Assembly: GCA_002402995.1 (NCBI GenBank)
Contig: DHGX01000001.1
Span: 85,625-149,624 of the forward strand
Source of the DNA: Patescibacteria group bacterium UBA4787
GTDB lineage: Bacteria; Patescibacteriota; Patescibacteriia; UBA2591; UBA4787
DNA: 64,000 bases
Reading direction: 5' to 3'
Made by a program: the position numbers and the translations under genes. Below are positions 8,298-16,542 of the stretch, piece after piece. The notes below the pieces were generated by a model that did no database searches, had not been told where the DNA came from, and worked only from the letters and a program-made list of their open reading frames with translations. Numbering within the stretch: position 1 is the first letter of the stretch; every line of letters starts with the position of its first letter.

Positions 8298-9869
8298 ATG
8301 AGAATCCCAAAAGTTTTTGGCATAGAAACCGAATGGTCTGTTCGTGTTCGAACGCGCAATAGCGTCAGGTTAGCTAACGCCAAAGAATTCGGCGTATTAA
8401 TAAAATTTATACGCGAATTTTTTACTTTGACCAACACCAGACAAGATTCCCAATGGGAGGCTTGTTCGGTTGATGCTGACCGCGAGTTAGAGCAAGAAAT
8501 AGATCTGCGGCATATCGAGAGTGTTGGTTATCTACCGAACGGCGCTCGTTTATATGTCGACTGGCCGCATTTGGAATATTCAACGCCCGAATGTCAGACG
8601 ATTCGTGATTTAATCGCCGCTGACCAAGCTGGCAATTGGCTGCTTAATATGGCCGCCAAAAAAGCCAGTCAACTCTTGAAAAGAGAGATTATAATTATCA
8701 AAGATAATTCCGATCGCAAAGGCGTTTCTTATGCCAGCCACGAGAATTATTCTTTGCAGCCCAGAACATTTAAGGCCATGATCGACCGACAGAACAGCGA
8801 AGCTCGCGATTTGATTTTGCCGTTTTTGGTAACGCGTCAAATTTTGGCCGGAGCCGGCAAAGTTGGTTCCGAAGCTAATAATTTGAGATCTGCAGATTAC
8901 GGCGAAACAAATTTTCAGATTTCGCAACGCGCAGATTTTATCAATGAAATTATCGGTATCGCCACTACGTCGCCGCGCAATCTGATCAACAGGCGCGATG
9001 AACCACATGCTGATTCTGATCTCTGCCGGCGATTGCATGTTATTATTGGTGATGCCAATTTCTGCGATTGGTCTTATTTTTTGCGCGTTGGAACCTACGC
9101 TCTGGTTTTGCGCATGCTGGAAGATTGCTTTATCGGCAATTCGCCAGTTTGTGTCGACAACCACTGGCTCGAAGCGCTTTATCAGACCTCGCGAGATTTG
9201 ACATGCAAGAAGAAGTTGCAGATTGGCACGGCTAGTCAATCACAGATGAATCCGATCGAGATTCAGCGTTGGTATCTTGGCTTAGTCAAGGAATATCTTG
9301 CCGAGTTTAAAGGCAGCGCCGAAGATCATGAGGTTTGTGAAAAATGGGAATATGTTTTAAACGCTCTGGACAACGACCCGAACCAATTGTTCGGCGTCTT
9401 GGACTGGGTAACAAAGAAATGTATTCTTGATCAATATCTTCAACACCAAGGCTTGCTTTGGCAGGATTCTCGGCTCCGTGTAATCGACATAGCTTACCAC
9501 AATATTAGCGATGAGGCTGGTCTTTATTATCAATTTTTAAAAAAAGGGAAAATCCAGAAATTGATTAATAACGAGTTGTTAATGGATAGGGTTCATAATC
9601 CTCCCGTTGACACACGCGCCTATTTGCGCGGAAAGATCGCTCGGCTTTATCCTGAGTTTGTGGAAGATTGGGAGATAATTTCCAATCGCATGCCAAGTAG
9701 ATTTCGTAAGGAACAGTTGGATTCGTTAAGGGTTATCCTAGAAGAAAAACACATTATTACTTTGGGTAACCCGGTTTTAACGCGAGAAGAGAGCGAAGAA
9801 ATTTTCAAACAAATTATTAATCTTTTGAAATCATGGAAAGGAGGAAGCGAAGATGTTAACACGACTTGA
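8298..9869 (+). CDS. dop: Pup ligase/deamidase family protein, Dop-like (candidate Pup deamidase/depupylase)
   Basis: FGIETEW start motif and NGARLYVD.P..EYSTPEC. SHENYS, LPFLVTRQILAGAGKV, INRRDEPHAD, RRLHVIIGDAN and NPPVDTRAYLRG are all PafA/Dop signatures. It has the longest insertion of the three paralogs between GIETE and NGARLY and a C-terminal extension, which is Dop-like. Confidence 0.75.
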   Translation: MRIPKVFGIETEWSVRVRTRNSVRLANAKEFGVLIKFIREFFTLTNTRQDSQWEACSVDADRELEQEIDLRHIESVGYLPNGARLYVDWPHLEYSTPECQTIRDLIAADQAGNWLLNMAAKKASQLLKREIIIIKDNSDRKGVSYASHENYSLQPRTFKAMIDRQNSEARDLILPFLVTRQILAGAGKVGSEANNLRSADYGETNFQISQRADFINEIIGIATTSPRNLINRRDEPHADSDLCRRLHVIIGDANFCDWSYFLRVGTYALVLRMLEDCFIGNSPVCVDNHWLEALYQTSRDLTCKKKLQIGTASQSQMNPIEIQRWYLGLVKEYLAEFKGSAEDHEVCEKWEYVLNALDNDPNQLFGVLDWVTKKCILDQYLQHQGLLWQDSRLRVIDIAYHNISDEAGLYYQFLKKGKIQKLINNELLMDRVHNPPVDTRAYLRGKIARLYPEFVEDWEIISNRMPSRFRKEQLDSLRVILEEKHIITLGNPVLTREESEEIFKQIINLLKSWKGGSEDVNTT

Positions 9870-10602
9870 GTTGACTTGGCGATTAATGGATGAGCTAATC
9901 GCTCAATTCCTGAAATTGCCGAGCGCGATAGGACAGAGCGACTTTAAACTGGAAGAGTATTTACAGCAATCCCATCTTCACGGTACCACCGTCCTCGCTC
10001 TGAAATATCAGGGTGGAGTGCTGTTAGGTGGAGACGGTCGGGCTTCCGGCATGGATTTCCGTATTTTTACGGACAAAACTCCGAAGGTTTATCCGGTTTC
10101 CGAGTCGACTGCTTACGGTCTTTCTGGGGACGCTCATCTGGGTATTGAGGTGGGAAAGATCTTGGCTTTGACGCTTAAGAATTACGAGAAGAAAGAGTTT
10201 CGAGCCATGAGTTTTGTCGCTCAAACCAAGATGTTGGCTAAAATGATCGAGCGTTTACTGCCAATGGCTATGCAGGGCCGTATCGTGATGCCGATTTTCG
10301 TGTCATGTCAGGAAATCTGCACGATTTATCCGAATGGCATGGTGGTAAGGGGAGATGAAGGTTATGGTGGAATTGGTTCGGGTAGTCCTCACGCCATTCA
10401 TCGCATCAAGGCTCGTTTGGCTGATAACCCCAATCCAGATAAAACCAGGGCGATAGAAATTATACTCGAAGCTTTTGCGGAAGCTCATAAGAGTGATGCC
10501 GCAACCGGCTCTAATTTGCTGATTTATAGTCTGGAAGAGTCGGGAATCGCTATCGTTCGCAACGATGTCGGAAACGGACCGTTTTCGATGAACCTGTTGT
10601 AA
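9853..10602 (+). CDS. prcB: 20S proteasome beta subunit (PrcB) with propeptide
   Basis: The propeptide is followed by the active-site HG/TTVLALKYQGGVLLGGDGR, which matches the mycobacterial TTIVALKYPGGVVMAGDRR. The GIGSGS and AATGS motifs are present. The start overlaps the dop end by 17 nt and is preceded by GGAAAGGAGG. Confidence 0.85.
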   Translation: MLTRLELTWRLMDELIAQFLKLPSAIGQSDFKLEEYLQQSHLHGTTVLALKYQGGVLLGGDGRASGMDFRIFTDKTPKVYPVSESTAYGLSGDAHLGIEVGKILALTLKNYEKKEFRAMSFVAQTKMLAKMIERLLPMAMQGRIVMPIFVSCQEICTIYPNGMVVRGDEGYGGIGSGSPHAIHRIKARLADNPNPDKTRAIEIILEAFAEAHKSDAATGSNLLIYSLEESGIAIVRNDVGNGPFSMNLL

Positions 10603-10617
10603 TCGTGAGGTGAAATA

Positions 10618-11322
10618 ATGGCTGATAAATTGGATCTCATTGCCAACGACAAAGATAATGCCTTGCCGGTTATCGCAGTCAGCACCAAAGACGGCATACT
10701 TCTTGTCGCAATTAATTTTTCCATTAGTCCGGAGGATTCCGATACCTACATCCACAAACTTTCAGAGATCCATGACAATATCGGCATGGGCGCTTGTGGC
10801 AATAGCAGCGAGTATGATCCGCTGCGCAGGCAGTTTATCGACGTCGTTGATAGGCTTGCCTACGAGTTGTCCAAGGACGATATTGTCTTGAAGAGTCTGG
10901 CCAATAGTTTGGCCGGAGAGTTGCGCGATGTATATCGCAATCCCCGTCTGGTTCCTCGTGTGGTCTTCTTCGTCTTGGTGGAATGTCAGGAAGATTCGAA
11001 GCGGGATCGTTTCGTCCGGATCGGTCTCGACGGCAAGTTCAAGATCTTTAATAATTTCACGGTGATCGGCGGCAACGACAAAGAGGTTGGCGCTCTAATG
11101 GATAACCTCAGGTCCGTCGAATTTTTGGAGATGGACTGGCCGACCGCTTTAACCGCGATCAAGGAAGCGATAAAGAAAACCAACATCGCCCGGATCGCTG
11201 GCGCAAAGAAATCGGACAAGACCGTCGAACCGTTCCCATCCCTGGAGCTGGCAATTCTCTGGCGTGGAAGAACTGGCAGAAAATGGCAGCTTTTGCCGCA
11301 TCAAATTAAGGAGGTGAAATAA
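10618..11322 (+). CDS. prcA: 20S proteasome alpha subunit (PrcA)
   Basis: VIAVSTKDGILLVA, KLSEIHDNIGMGACGNSSEYDPLRR and VIGGNDKE align with PrcA segments. It follows prcB. Confidence 0.75.
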   Translation: MADKLDLIANDKDNALPVIAVSTKDGILLVAINFSISPEDSDTYIHKLSEIHDNIGMGACGNSSEYDPLRRQFIDVVDRLAYELSKDDIVLKSLANSLAGELRDVYRNPRLVPRVVFFVLVECQEDSKRDRFVRIGLDGKFKIFNNFTVIGGNDKEVGALMDNLRSVEFLEMDWPTALTAIKEAIKKTNIARIAGAKKSDKTVEPFPSLELAILWRGRTGRKWQLLPHQIKEVK

Positions 11323-11323
11323 A

Positions 11324-11527
11324 ATGCTTAAAAAGCAGTTTCTATTCTTAACCCCAGACGAGCAAGAAAAAAAGGAGACTGAAAAACATCCTCTGGGGCC
11401 CAAGCCCGGCGGACCTGGCTCCGGTAAGAAGGCAGACAAAAATGATGATAACATCGATGACATCCTTGATGACATCATCGAACGGAATAAGCGGGTTAAT
11501 GAAACTGACGAGCGAGAGGGTCAGTAA
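11324..11527 (+). CDS. pup: Prokaryotic ubiquitin-like protein Pup (67 aa, C-terminal -EGQ)
   Basis: Small acidic, disordered protein whose C-terminal half DDNIDDILDDIIERNKRVNETDEREGQ resembles the Pup helix plus the terminal G-Q. Strong SD AAGGAGGTG. Located between prcA and a pafA-like gene. Confidence 0.6.
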   Translation: MLKKQFLFLTPDEQEKKETEKHPLGPKPGGPGSGKKADKNDDNIDDILDDIIERNKRVNETDEREGQ

Positions 11528-11535
11528 TATTTAAT

Positions 11536-11568
11536 CCCCGCACTTTAAAATAGTGCGGGGATTTTTTT
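11536..11568 (+). terminator. Rho-independent terminator after pup
   Basis: ccccgcactttaaaatagtgcgggg hairpin followed by ATTTTTTTAT. Confidence 0.7.
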
Positions 11569-11673
11569 ATAATCGCAATGAGCGAGGCAGCAGAAATTTT
11601 ATTTTTAGATTGCCGGACAGGTCAGATTATATATTGAAGAGAGGCATAGTTCTCCTCTTCTTCTATTTTAATT

Positions 11674-11708
11674 TGACAAATCATCAAAAAAAGATAAGAT
11701 TTATATAA
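11674..11708 (+). promoter_or_regulatory. Promoter (TTGACAAAT-type) upstream of pafA-like paralog 2
   Basis: tTTGACAaatcatcaaaaaaagaTAAGATttatataag; GTTCCTTAAAA leader variant at about 11725. Confidence 0.45.
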
Positions 11709-11755
11709 GAAAAATAATAATGTTGTTCCTTAAAATTATTCAAGGAGAGAATAAA

Positions 11756-13285
11756 ATGAAGAAGAGAATTATTGGGATAGAGAATGAATATCGGATTCAG
11801 GCTCTGCCCGGATTCGATAAAAGCAGATACAAGGTTTATTTTCGGGGATTGAAAATAAGCTTGAATCAGTTTCTATCCAACGGAGCGAGGTTTTATTTGG
11901 ATTTTCCGAGCGAACTGCCGGAGTATTGCACGCCGGAAGTTACGACCATCCGTGAAGTTCTGGCGCATGAACGCGCCGGAGATTATATTGTCTGGGAGAG
12001 CCTGAAAGACATGATGGAAATTTTTAGGCGGAATACCAGTCAGCCAGGTCTCTTTTACAAATATCTGGCAAGTGGTTGTCATGAGAACTATCTTTTTTAT
12101 CTTGATGAAGCTATCAAGTCAACTGCGAATATCTACCCGCAGATGAGCGGCCACATCTTGGCAAGATTGGTGGCTTTTTTGGGGCCCTTCTTGGTCTCTC
12201 GACAGATTTTTTGCGGCGCTGGTTGGTGGTTAACAAATGAAGATGGGCGAAGTTATTTTAATATTTCGCAGCGCGCCCATTTTATGAAGCGTGATTACGG
12301 CGGAGACACGATGCAGAATAGGGCGATTATCAATTCTCGGAATGAATCATTGTGTTCGTCGAGCAATTATTCTCGTCTTCATCTCATTGTTGGCGACTCC
12401 AATATGAGCGATCTCTCTGGTTTTCTCAAGCTCGGCACCACGTCTATCGTTTTAAGGATGATCGAAGCAGGCTTCTTTGATCCACAAGACATTGTTCTAG
12501 TTGATCCGGTTGCGGCTATCGCTGTCATTTCCGATGATTTGAGCTGTAAGGCGACTGTCCAGGCCGGCGGTTTGCATCGTTCGCTTTCAGCCATTGACAT
12601 CCAAGAGTGGTATCTTAATAAAGCTCGTGAATTTTTTGAATGTCGAGAAGTATCCGAAGAGGAGAAGGAGGTTATAAAATATTGGCAGGAAGTTTTGGAC
12701 AAACTGCGCCGAGACCCCATGCTTCTCAAAGAGGAGATCGACTGGGTGATCAAATATAATTTGATTTGCCGTTATGCTGAAAAACACGGTGTTGATCTCG
12801 ATCATTGTTCGGACGAGGAGAGTGAAGCGCTGAGAGTCATTGACACTCATTATCATTCTCTAAATCCGGAGAGAGGTTTGTACCACAAGCTTCTCGGCGC
12901 TGGGAAGATCGCCAAGCTTATTAGTGATAAAGAGGTGGCTTTGGCAATAAAATCTCCACCGACTGATACGCGAGCCAAAGTCCGTGGTGACTTCATTTCT
13001 TTCATCCTGAAAAATCATGCGGATTTGGTTAGGTATTTCATCGTCAATTGGGACGCTATTCGTTATAATTATCGTGCTAATGGATTTTCTAGGCTGATCC
13101 ACGAATTTCAACCTAATCAAGACGATGAATCGGTGAAAGCCTGTGTTTTCAATCTCGGCGATCCGTTTCTTTCAACAGAAACTTGCAACAACTTCCAAGT
13201 ATTGGTTGAAGAGATTGAGTCTCACCAAGAATTTTTCAAATCTATGATACCAACTCCGTCTCCTGACCATCGCGATTATGAATAG
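11756..13285 (+). CDS. pafA: Pup ligase family protein, PafA-like (paralog 2)
   Basis: IGIENEY, NGARFYLDFP.ELPEYCTPE, GCHENYL, RLHLIVGDSNMSD, LKLGTTSIVLRMIE, EIDWVIKYNL, PPTDTRAKVRG. Start chosen at MKKRII with SD AAGGAGAG. The GIENE-to-NGARFY spacing is short, which is PafA-like. Confidence 0.8.
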   Translation: MKKRIIGIENEYRIQALPGFDKSRYKVYFRGLKISLNQFLSNGARFYLDFPSELPEYCTPEVTTIREVLAHERAGDYIVWESLKDMMEIFRRNTSQPGLFYKYLASGCHENYLFYLDEAIKSTANIYPQMSGHILARLVAFLGPFLVSRQIFCGAGWWLTNEDGRSYFNISQRAHFMKRDYGGDTMQNRAIINSRNESLCSSSNYSRLHLIVGDSNMSDLSGFLKLGTTSIVLRMIEAGFFDPQDIVLVDPVAAIAVISDDLSCKATVQAGGLHRSLSAIDIQEWYLNKAREFFECREVSEEEKEVIKYWQEVLDKLRRDPMLLKEEIDWVIKYNLICRYAEKHGVDLDHCSDEESEALRVIDTHYHSLNPERGLYHKLLGAGKIAKLISDKEVALAIKSPPTDTRAKVRGDFISFILKNHADLVRYFIVNWDAIRYNYRANGFSRLIHEFQPNQDDESVKACVFNLGDPFLSTETCNNFQVLVEEIESHQEFFKSMIPTPSPDHRDYE

Positions 13286-13326
13286 TCCCGTTCTGGCTGA
13301 TTGAAATCCCCATTTTATTTTTATTA

Positions 13327-13356
13327 ACGCTCCTAAATAATTAGGAGCGTTTTAAA
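13327..13356 (+). terminator. Terminator after pafA-like paralog 2
   Basis: gctcctaaataattaggagcg hairpin followed by TTTTAAATTT. Confidence 0.55.
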
Positions 13357-13357
13357 T

Positions 13358-13386
13358 TTGACAAATTATCAAAAAACGCTAAGCTT
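13358..13386 (+). promoter_or_regulatory. Promoter (TTGACAAAT-type) upstream of pafA-like paralog 3
   Basis: tTTGACAaattatcaaaaaacgcTAAGCT; CGTTCTTTACAAAGAAGGG leader nearly identical to the dop leader. Confidence 0.45.
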
Positions 13387-13430
13387 TAAATAATAAAATT
13401 AAAATCGTTCTTTACAAAGAAGGGAATAAA

Positions 13431-14900
13431 ATGCAAAAACGCATTTATGGTTTGGAGACTGAGTATAGGTGGTGGAGTTCCTTGCCGGAGAAAAACCCCG
13501 ATAATCCGAGTCAGGTTTTTTCCGGATATCATTTGAATACTATAGTCAATTACTATCCGGGTAATTATTCTGGCTTTTTGCCAAACGGCGCTAGGTTTTA
13601 TGTGGACATGGTTCGGTTTCCAGAGTTCTCAACTCCGGAATGTGCGAGTGTTAGAGATGCCGTGATTTGGGATAAGGCAGGGGAAAAAATAGTTTTCGAT
13701 TGTTTGGGCGGCGCTGTTGTCATCCGAAAAAGAAATTTAGGCAGCAACGGAAAAGTACAGGGTTGCCACGAGAATTATTTGATCGATCGCCAGGTCTTAT
13801 TGAAAGATCGCGACATCTCTCTCGGTCATGTCCATTTGGTCGAACGAGACTTTAATTATTTGGCCGATCGTCTAATTCCTTTTTTGGTGACGCGCCAGGT
13901 TTTCTGCGGCACCGGCGCCATTATGGAGTTCCCACAAATTCAGATAGGGGAAAATCCTTCAACTCAGTGTTTATATCGCTATGTCATTTCACAGCGAGCT
14001 TTCAGAATCGAGCATTTAATCCACGCCGAGACTACTAATAATCGGCCGATCATTAACATGCGCAATGAGCCTCTGTGCGGTGGCGACGAGAGATATTTCC
14101 GCCTGCATCTGATTCTGGGTGATTCTAATCTTTCAGAGTTTTCGACTTTCTTGAAATTGGGTACTACTGGCATAATCTTGCGGATGATTGAGGCTGATTT
14201 TTTAGACACAACCAGTATTGCTCTGCTTGATCCATTAGCAGCTCTTCGGCAAGTCGCGATAGATCCGACTTGCAAAAAAAGGCTAGACTTGGTTGATCAA
14301 CGTCAGTTTTCAGCTATCGACATTCAACAGTGGTATCTCGACAAAGCCAATAAGTTCTTCCAGCGCAACGAAGCTTCAGAAGAGGAAAAAGAAGTGATTG
14401 AGCGTTGGCAAGAAACGTTGGACAAACTGCGCCGAGACCCCATGCTTCTCAAAGAGGAGATCGACTGGGTGATCAAGCTCAACGCTTTGATAAGATATTG
14501 CGAATCTCGCAATTTATCTTTTGACAGCGAAGAAGCAAGGCGTCTTGACGTGGCTTATCATGATCTTGATCCGGATAATTCTCTCTACTTAAAACTTCTT
14601 AAACGTGGTCGCGTCAAGAGGTTAGTTGCCGAGGAAGAGATCGAGAACGCCATTGTTAATCCGCCCGATACGCGCGCCAAAATTAGAGGTTCTGTTATAC
14701 TGGCAATCAACGATTATATTAATCGTTCGTCTATTGGCCGTGATCGCGGCATCTTAATAAACTGGGATTTGGTTTCTGTGTATGCTTCTACGATTCCTCC
14801 TACCACTACTTCTGATAAGATAATAACACTAAGCGATCCTTTCGCGGTGGAAAATTCGGAAATCCAGGCTCTAGTCAACCAATTAAATGCTACACTTTAA
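13431..14900 (+). CDS. pafA: Pup ligase family protein, PafA-like (paralog 3)
   Basis: YGLETEY, NGARFYVD...FPEFSTPEC, GCHENYL, LIPFLVTRQVFCGTGA, RLHLILGDSNLSE, LKLGTTGIILRMIE, EIDWVIKLNAL and PPDTRAKIRG. Confidence 0.8.
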   Translation: MQKRIYGLETEYRWWSSLPEKNPDNPSQVFSGYHLNTIVNYYPGNYSGFLPNGARFYVDMVRFPEFSTPECASVRDAVIWDKAGEKIVFDCLGGAVVIRKRNLGSNGKVQGCHENYLIDRQVLLKDRDISLGHVHLVERDFNYLADRLIPFLVTRQVFCGTGAIMEFPQIQIGENPSTQCLYRYVISQRAFRIEHLIHAETTNNRPIINMRNEPLCGGDERYFRLHLILGDSNLSEFSTFLKLGTTGIILRMIEADFLDTTSIALLDPLAALRQVAIDPTCKKRLDLVDQRQFSAIDIQQWYLDKANKFFQRNEASEEEKEVIERWQETLDKLRRDPMLLKEEIDWVIKLNALIRYCESRNLSFDSEEARRLDVAYHDLDPDNSLYLKLLKRGRVKRLVAEEEIENAIVNPPDTRAKIRGSVILAINDYINRSSIGRDRGILINWDLVSVYASTIPPTTTSDKIITLSDPFAVENSEIQALVNQLNATL

Positions 14901-14934
14901 CCCCTACTATAAAACAGTAGGGGTTTTTATTTTA
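14901..14934 (+). terminator. Rho-independent terminator after paralog 3
   Basis: cccctactataaaacagtagggg followed by TTTTTATTTT. Confidence 0.7.
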
Positions 14935-14953
14935 ATTATCCCCACTTACAACT

Positions 14954-14982
14954 TGATTTTTTCGCCATTTTATATTATAATG
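14954..14982 (+). promoter_or_regulatory. Candidate promoter for nusA (TTGATT ... TATTATAAT)
   Basis: cTTGATTttttcgccattttaTATTATAAT, followed by the palindrome GACTAATtagtgatgATTAGTC (14993-15014). Confidence 0.4.
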
Positions 14983-15041
14983 TATTTAACGTGACTAATT
15001 AGTGATGATTAGTCATTTTTAATTTTCTAAATTTTTGAGAT

Positions 15042-16415
15042 ATGGAAATGTCAATTATTGAGGCGATTGAGCAAATTTGCTTAGAGAAAAGTCTTTCCAA
15101 AGAAAAAGTTTTAGAAGCAATTGAACAGGCTTTAGCTGCTGCTTATCGCAAAGACTTTGGAGAAAAAAACCAAAATATAAAAGTTGAGTTCAATCCGGTG
15201 AACGGAGCGATGAAAATCTTCGACATAAAAACGGTTGTCGAAGATTCTTTATTGGAAGAATTTCAGAAAGAGATGGAAGAAGGCGAATCTGAAGAAGCGC
15301 CCAGTTCGGAAATTGCATCTGAAGGAGAAAAAGAGAAGAAGCGTTTTAATCCTAGAACAGACATCGCCTTAACTGAAGCGCGCAGAATTAAAAAAAGCAT
15401 GAAACAGGGAGATGAAATAAAAATAGAGCTGTCTTTACCTGAGGATTTCGGACGCGTGGCTGCGCAAACCGCCAAGCAAGTTATTATTCAGAGATTGCGA
15501 GAAGCCGAGCGGCAGAATATTTTTGACACATTTAAAGATCAGGAAGGTAAGGTTCTTAACGGGGTTATCCAGCGTCGAGAAAACAATAATTTATTTGTCG
15601 TTGACTTGAACGGTACGGCAGCGGTTTTGCCTCCGTCTGAACAGGTGCGCGAAGAGAAATATTATCCTGGGCAGAAATTAAGATTTTATATCGCAACGGT
15701 AAATATGACGCCACGCGGTCCGGAGATTATAACATCTCGTCGACACAGCGAAATCGTGAAAGAACTTTTCCGTTTGGAAATACCGGAAATTAACAGTGGC
15801 GTCGTAGAGATAAAAGGCATCGCCCGCGAGGCTGGTTTACGTAGTAAGGTGGCAGTTATTAGCAATGACGAAAATATTGACCCGATTGGTTCTTGTATTG
15901 GGCAAAAAGGCGTTCGCATTCAAACAATTATTAACGAATTAAACGGCGAAAAAATAGATATTATCGAATACTCGGAAGACGCAGCTAAATTTATCGGCAA
16001 TGCTCTATCTCCGGCCAAGGTTACCTCGGTTGTTTTAAATGAACAAGAAAAAAAGACTATTGTTTCTGTTAAAGAAAATCAATTTTCTTTAGCTATCGGT
16101 CGTGATGGCCAGAATGTCCGCTTGGCAGCCCGTTTAACTGGTTGGGCTATTGAAGTTGTTAAAGATGGCGAAACGTTTGGCGAAGGCGTAAGCGCCAATC
16201 AAGAAGGAGAATTACAGGGTGGAGAAACCGGCGAACCGATAACAGAAATTGAAGCTGAACAACTCGGTGAAGAGGAAAAAACCAAAGAAGAATCTGTTCC
16301 GGAATTAGTCGAAGAATTAAAAGAAGAAATGTCTTCAGAAACGATAGGCGGAGAAATAGTGGCCGGCGCTGGCGAAGAGGTTGTTGAAGAAACCCCCGGA
16401 AAATTAGAAGAATAA
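15042..16415 (+). CDS. nusA: Transcription termination/antitermination factor NusA with acidic C-terminal tail
   Basis: N-terminal NusA domain (EAIEQICLEKSLSKEKVLEAIEQAL), S1 (GKVLNGVIQRRENNNLFVVDL), tandem KH (IGSCIGQKGVRIQ and AIGRDGQNVRLAARLTGW) and a Glu-rich tail. Confidence 0.85.
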   Translation: MEMSIIEAIEQICLEKSLSKEKVLEAIEQALAAAYRKDFGEKNQNIKVEFNPVNGAMKIFDIKTVVEDSLLEEFQKEMEEGESEEAPSSEIASEGEKEKKRFNPRTDIALTEARRIKKSMKQGDEIKIELSLPEDFGRVAAQTAKQVIIQRLREAERQNIFDTFKDQEGKVLNGVIQRRENNNLFVVDLNGTAAVLPPSEQVREEKYYPGQKLRFYIATVNMTPRGPEIITSRRHSEIVKELFRLEIPEINSGVVEIKGIAREAGLRSKVAVISNDENIDPIGSCIGQKGVRIQTIINELNGEKIDIIEYSEDAAKFIGNALSPAKVTSVVLNEQEKKTIVSVKENQFSLAIGRDGQNVRLAARLTGWAIEVVKDGETFGEGVSANQEGELQGGETGEPITEIEAEQLGEEEKTKEESVPELVEELKEEMSSETIGGEIVAGAGEEVVEETPGKLEE

Positions 16416-16542
16416 TCGTTTTTTATTTATAGACATATTTAAAAGCCGAAAATAATATCTCGGTTTTTTAATATAATTAGTTGGAATTGATTTTTTTCTC
16501 AAAAATACTAAGATTAGAACAATAATACAATAAAATAAATAT

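Noticed and set aside
8610-9239. 209-aa antisense ORF inside the dop-like gene
   Set aside because: Same reasoning: the sense frame has unambiguous PafA/Dop motifs.
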